Source: an uncultured cyanobacterium
GTDB lineage: Bacteria > Cyanobacteriota > Cyanobacteriia > PCC-6307 > Cyanobiaceae
Assembly (NCBI GenBank): GCA_963847745.1
Contig: CAWKAW010000007.1
Location: 46,506 to 110,505, forward strand
Reading direction: 5' to 3'
DNA length: 64,000 nt
In this document: in pieces, positions 60,000-64,000 of the stretch
How positions within the stretch are numbered: the first letter of the stretch is position 1
Layout: the number at the start of each line of letters is the position of its first letter
Program-made: the position numbers and the translations under genes
Notes under the pieces: generated by a model
Told to the model about the DNA's origin: nothing
The model's input: the letters and a program-made list of their open reading frames with translations, nothing else
Databases searched by the model: none

Positions 60000-60296
60000 T
60001 CAGTGAACTTGAGGAGGCGGATCAGGTGAATGGCATGGTTGGAAAGTGCTCTTCGCCCTCAGGGGGAACCTCTCTGGATGACGTATCGACTCAACTGACA
60101 AGTCAACGTCTAGATCAGGCCAATAGAGATGGTCAGGAGTGGGTCGTAGGACATTAATGACCTGTTGAATCGTAGCCGCCTTGAACCAAGGAAACTCAGA
60201 ATATGGAAGTGCTAATTCTTCATCATCGATAAGCATCCAGATGCAATGGGCGGAAACATTCGTGACCTCAGCCACCAAAGTGGTTGTTCCAGGCAT
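60000..60296 (-). CDS. DUF2442 protein (putative antitoxin)
   Basis: EVTNVSAHCIW...LPYSEFPWF...LYWPDLDVDLSVESI. Confidence 0.9.
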   Translation of the reverse strand: MPGTTTLVAEVTNVSAHCIWMLIDDEELALPYSEFPWFKAATIQQVINVLRPTPDHLYWPDLDVDLSVESIRHPERFPLRAKSTFQPCHSPDPPPQVH

Positions 60297-60507
60297 TGAT
60301 GATCTCCTGTTGGCGTGACTTGATTAACCGTTCGGCTTCTCTGATCTGTGAGGAACTTAGTCCAATGTTGCGAGCGAGTTCAATGTTCGGCCTCAGCCAA
60401 AACTTCGCTTCACCATCTGGATGGCTGACGTGAATGTGAACAGGACTTTCCTCGCGCGAGAAAAAGAAAAACCGAAATTCTCCATCTCGGAAGACTGTTC
60501 GTGACAA
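60268..60507 (-). CDS. DUF4160 protein (putative toxin)
   Basis: FRFFFFSREE..HIHV....EAKFWL...EIINAWNNHFG; overlaps the DUF2442 start by 29 bp. Confidence 0.9.
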   Translation of the reverse strand: MSRTVFRDGEFRFFFFSREESPVHIHVSHPDGEAKFWLRPNIELARNIGLSSSQIREAERLIKSRQQEIINAWNNHFGG

Positions 60508-60970
60508 GCAGGCTCCCGCACTTCACTTCCAGCATAGCAATGCTGCTCGGGAAAAGACGGCTTCAGTAGCCGCAGCACAAAGAGCAGCATTCTCAGCACT
60601 TGGCTTGTTCTGGATAGCTGTTTGCATCTTGCCAACACTAAATCGGCGGATCCAGTGAAGATCCCCGCAGAGCCGCTCTAGTCACCATAAAGGCCTCAAA
60701 GCCCGCGCGCCATGCTCCCAAACCCCGGCGTGACAAGGAGCCAGCGGCGGCGGCTTGATGCCGTGGTTCATCTACGGACCCGGTATCCACTGTCACGGCT
60801 GTACCAGAAAATCGACGGAACAGCTCACACCAAGCCGGCCACGATTCAACACAGGTGTAGAGGATTGTGGTCTTGCCGATGGCAGGGCAGGGGCAGCCGG
60901 GAGCGGGCCTGCACCTCATCGTTCTGGCACTGCCTCGGGTGATCGGCACCGGATCGATCGTGCCTGAGGC

Positions 60971-61666
60971 TCAGCGGTTCCGCTGCTCCTCCTGGATGTA
61001 ACGGCCGATCAGCAACCCCATGATCAGTGCCAGGTAGAAGGGGCCGATCACGCTGATCAGGATCGTTGTGAGCTTCGCCACCGGCGTGAGCGGCAGCACG
61101 TCTCCGTAGCCGAGGGTGGTGAGGGTCACGAAGGCGAAGTAAGCCAGGTGAATGAACGGCGTCTGCTGGATCGAGACCCCCCCCAGGGCCGCCGTTCCAG
61201 CGGACGGCTCGATCCGGGTGGGCAGACCGCCGAAGCTGCCGGGATCGATCGACTCCACCACGGCCATCACGAGGGCAGCGGTCAGACCCAGCAGCAGATA
61301 GCCCGAGAGGGCTCCGGTGAGCACGTCGGCAGTGACCCGCTGCTCCCGGCCCAGGCGGCTCACGAGCCGGTGATAGGCCTGGAGTTCGAACAGGGTGAGC
61401 ATGAGCAGAAGGGGCAGACCCGAACTGCGCAGCTCGCTTGGCGAGAGCAGCCAGAGCCAGAGGCTGCCCAGCACCACCCAGCCGAGCAGGCGGAATCCCA
61501 ACGACCAGGCCCGGCTGCTGCCCTCCCCCGCCAGCAGTCGGATCTGGAGCACGATCACCAGGCTGAACCCCAGGCTCGAAAAGCTGTCGAAGGGCGGCGG
61601 CAAGGCCATGCAGACCAGGGTCAGCAGAATCCCCGTGAGCAGGGCGGCATAGTGCCGGGATGCCAT
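60971..61666 (-). CDS. Potassium channel family protein (Ion_trans_2)
   Basis: YFAFVTLTTLGYGDVLP selectivity filter; additional N-terminal TM helices. Confidence 0.9.
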   Translation of the reverse strand: MASRHYAALLTGILLTLVCMALPPPFDSFSSLGFSLVIVLQIRLLAGEGSSRAWSLGFRLLGWVVLGSLWLWLLSPSELRSSGLPLLLMLTLFELQAYHRLVSRLGREQRVTADVLTGALSGYLLLGLTAALVMAVVESIDPGSFGGLPTRIEPSAGTAALGGVSIQQTPFIHLAYFAFVTLTTLGYGDVLPLTPVAKLTTILISVIGPFYLALIMGLLIGRYIQEEQRNR

Positions 61667-61978
61667 GGATCCGGGGAGAAACGGCATGCTTCCGCTTGCT
61701 GGCCATGGAATCTCTGAGCAAGAATATCCCGCAACCAACTTCTTCGCCTGCTGAGACAAGGTGCAATCTTGATCGTGCCAAGTGTGCTTTCGAGGATTGG
61801 GAAATGGCATCAATCTCGTTGCCGTTCCTGTGTGCTGCCAGGCCCTGAATCAGGCGGTTTTCCTGTGGACTCTCCTGCGGCTGCTCATTGCTGATTGTGC
61901 CGCTGGGGCCAGTTCCCTCAAGGCATTCCTGCGCACGCTCCTCTCCGCTGCCTGGTCGGCTGTGAGGTGGAGAGGGCT

Positions 61979-64000
61979 TCAGGGCGGGAGCGTGCCGGTG
62001 GCGGGCGCCGGCGGTTCGGGAGGGGCCAGGGGCGCGGGGATGTCGCCGGCCGGCACCGACCGGCGCGGATCCAGCAGGGCCTCGATGCCCTCCTCCAGGC
62101 TGTTCTCCATGGCGATGCGGGTGCCATCGCTCACCACCACCCGGGTGAGGGTGGGCAGACCGCCCTGGCGGGCCTTCAGATAGATCGGCTCCACGTAGAG
62201 GAGGGCATCGCCGATCGGCATCACCAGCAGGTTTCCCTGGATCACCTCCGAACCGGAGCGATCCCACAGGCCGAACTGCTGGCTGATGATCGGGTTCTGG
62301 TTGATCAGCGCCGTGATCTGCTCGGGACCGTAGATCGGGGTCTGGCTGGGGAAGCGCAGCAGCACCAGTTCGCCGTAGTGGGGAGCATCGCTGCGGGCGG
62401 CCAGCCAACCCACCAGGTTGGGGCGGGCCAGGGGGGTGAGGGGTTGCAGCAGCAGGAATTCGGGCGGCAGCTGCGGCGTCAGCTGGGCGCTGATGTGATA
62501 CGGCTGCACCGGCACCTGCTTGCGTCCGTAGACCTCCTTCGGCACCTGCCACACGTCGTCGCCGCTGTAGAAGATGCGGGGGTCGGTCACGTGGTAGCGG
62601 AGCAGCTGGGTGGTCTGCAGCTGGAACTGATGGATCGGATAGCGGATGTGGGCCCGCAGCGCCGGCGGCATGGCGTCGAGCGGTTCGAACAGCTCAGGGA
62701 ACAGGCGCTGCCAGGCGAGGATCAGCGGATCGCCCGGCTCGCTCACATAGAGCCTCACCTGGCCGTTGTAGGCATCCACCACCGCCTTCACGGAATTGCG
62801 CAGATAGCGGATGTCGGGATGACCCGGCACGGCGGCGCTGTAGGGATAGGAACGGCTGATCGTGAACCCGTCCACGATCCAGTACTGGTGCTGCTCCCTG
62901 GGAAAGGCTTCGTTGGCTCCCAGCCGCACCGTCACCAGATAGGGATCGGCATCGAAGCGCACGAAGGGGGCCAGGGTGCGCAGTCTCTGGCGCACCTCGC
63001 GGCGCAGCAGCAGGCGGGTCTCGGAGGTGAGGGAACCCTGGGTGAGCAGCTTCGGTTCCCGCAGATAGAGAGCTGCCGCCAGCCGGGCGGCCCTGCTGCC
63101 GATCGGCACACCGGCGCTGCCGCCGTAATGGGTGTAGAAATTCTCCTCCCCCTGGGGATAGTCGAATTCCATCACCCGGCTCGGAGCCAGGGCATAGGGG
63201 AGGGGCAGGGCGCCGAAGTACAGACCCGGCCTGCCGATCGGCATCCCCCGGGCCACCTGATCCCGGCTGATCGAGAGCGCCTTGCTGCCCTGCACCCGCG
63301 TGGAAGGGCCCAGATCGCTGATGAAATAGACCGGCAGACCGTCGGGTCCGCTGATGTTCACCGGAGACACCGTGAACCCCTGGCCGTGGGTGAACACCAG
63401 ATGGCGGTTCAGCCAGGTGCGGGCGGCGGGGGGAAGGGAGGAGGTATCCATCTCCCGGGCCGTGATGGCCACCTGCTGCCGTCCCCGGGTGGGACCCTGG
63501 TCGAGGTCGTAGCGGTCCACCGCCGGCTCCGAGAAGCGGTAGTACACCCGCAGCTGCTGCAACTGGCGGTTCGTGGCCAGCAGCGGTTGGCTGTCCCACA
63601 GCCGGATGTTGCGCAGGGTGGCCTCGCTGGCGGCCACGTCGGCACGGGTGAGCCGGGGGTTGGGATTCTTGTTGCGGCTCACGATGCGATCGAGCTGGAA
63701 GGCCTGGCGGGTCGCCCGGATCGATCGGGCCAGATAGGGGGTCTCCTTCTCCAGCTCCCGGGGCCGGATCAACAGCAGCTGCAGGCCCGGCAGGAGCAGG
63801 GCCTCCACCAGGGGCACCAGCAGCAGAACCGCGCCCGTGAACAGGAAGGAAAGGCCCCTCCAGCCCCGTCGCGGCAGGGGCAGCAGCAGCAGCAGGGCCG
63901 TCACCAGGGCCAGGACCGCCGCCAGGGTGCGCAGGGGCAGGGAGACGTGCACGTCGAGCCAGCCCGCGCCGGGCACGCTGCCCACGGTGCTCAGCAGCAG
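61979..64000 (-). CDS. UPF0182 (COG1615) membrane protein, 5'-partial
   Basis: NIRLWD, QQLRVYYRF, YTHY.G, RNSVKAVVDAYNG, YHVTDP..FYSGDDVW, GNLLVMPI, LYVEPIY. The frame is open to the window edge. Confidence 0.95.
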   Translation of the reverse strand: MLLSTVGSVPGAGWLDVHVSLPLRTLAAVLALVTALLLLLPLPRRGWRGLSFLFTGAVLLLVPLVEALLLPGLQLLLIRPRELEKETPYLARSIRATRQAFQLDRIVSRNKNPNPRLTRADVAASEATLRNIRLWDSQPLLATNRQLQQLRVYYRFSEPAVDRYDLDQGPTRGRQQVAITAREMDTSSLPPAARTWLNRHLVFTHGQGFTVSPVNISGPDGLPVYFISDLGPSTRVQGSKALSISRDQVARGMPIGRPGLYFGALPLPYALAPSRVMEFDYPQGEENFYTHYGGSAGVPIGSRAARLAAALYLREPKLLTQGSLTSETRLLLRREVRQRLRTLAPFVRFDADPYLVTVRLGANEAFPREQHQYWIVDGFTISRSYPYSAAVPGHPDIRYLRNSVKAVVDAYNGQVRLYVSEPGDPLILAWQRLFPELFEPLDAMPPALRAHIRYPIHQFQLQTTQLLRYHVTDPRIFYSGDDVWQVPKEVYGRKQVPVQPYHISAQLTPQLPPEFLLLQPLTPLARPNLVGWLAARSDAPHYGELVLLRFPSQTPIYGPEQITALINQNPIISQQFGLWDRSGSEVIQGNLLVMPIGDALLYVEPIYLKARQGGLPTLTRVVVSDGTRIAMENSLEEGIEALLDPRRSVPAGDIPAPLAPPEPPAPATGTLPP

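Overview
High-GC alpha-cyanobacterial chromosome segment (Cyanobium / freshwater Synechococcus-like, judged from the proteobacterial-type prk, class II fba, psb32, slr1796-like, DUF3685 and DUF3727 genes). A conserved housekeeping backbone (fba, accD, pilD, prk, leuB, lpxD, proB, ruvX, fumC, hisA, pgsA, nadA, UPF0182) is interrupted by accessory blocks. (i) 1-4.5 kb: arylsulfatase, BASS transporter, DUF202, DUF1622, an orphan membrane protein and a transglutaminase. (ii) 18-22 kb: PIN-PhoH, a stand-alone double-Cache protein and a divergent GGT. (iii) 29-31 kb: two exported/membrane genes. (iv) 34-41.6 kb: a degenerate sigma54-type AAA / 4Fe-4S membrane fusion, two small unannotated ORFs, a cluster of secreted proteins and an O-methyltransferase. 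(v) 41.6-46.9 kb: the ligase-associated DNA-damage operon (exonuclease, ATP-dependent ligase, Lhr helicase split by a frameshift), with its PdeM nuclease about 8 kb away. (vi) 53.8-61.9 kb: an island with deletion-eroded phosphoesterase, DUF3604 and HupE-UreJ genes, an AI-2E transporter, a TIR-TPR protein, a DUF4160-DUF2442 pair and a K+ channel. I recognised no rRNA, tRNA, CRISPR array, integrase or intact transposase. The best candidate for an uncharacterised system is the TIR-TPR gene next to the DUF4160/DUF2442 pair (possible anti-phage module). All family assignments come from motif recognition by eye; no database search was run.
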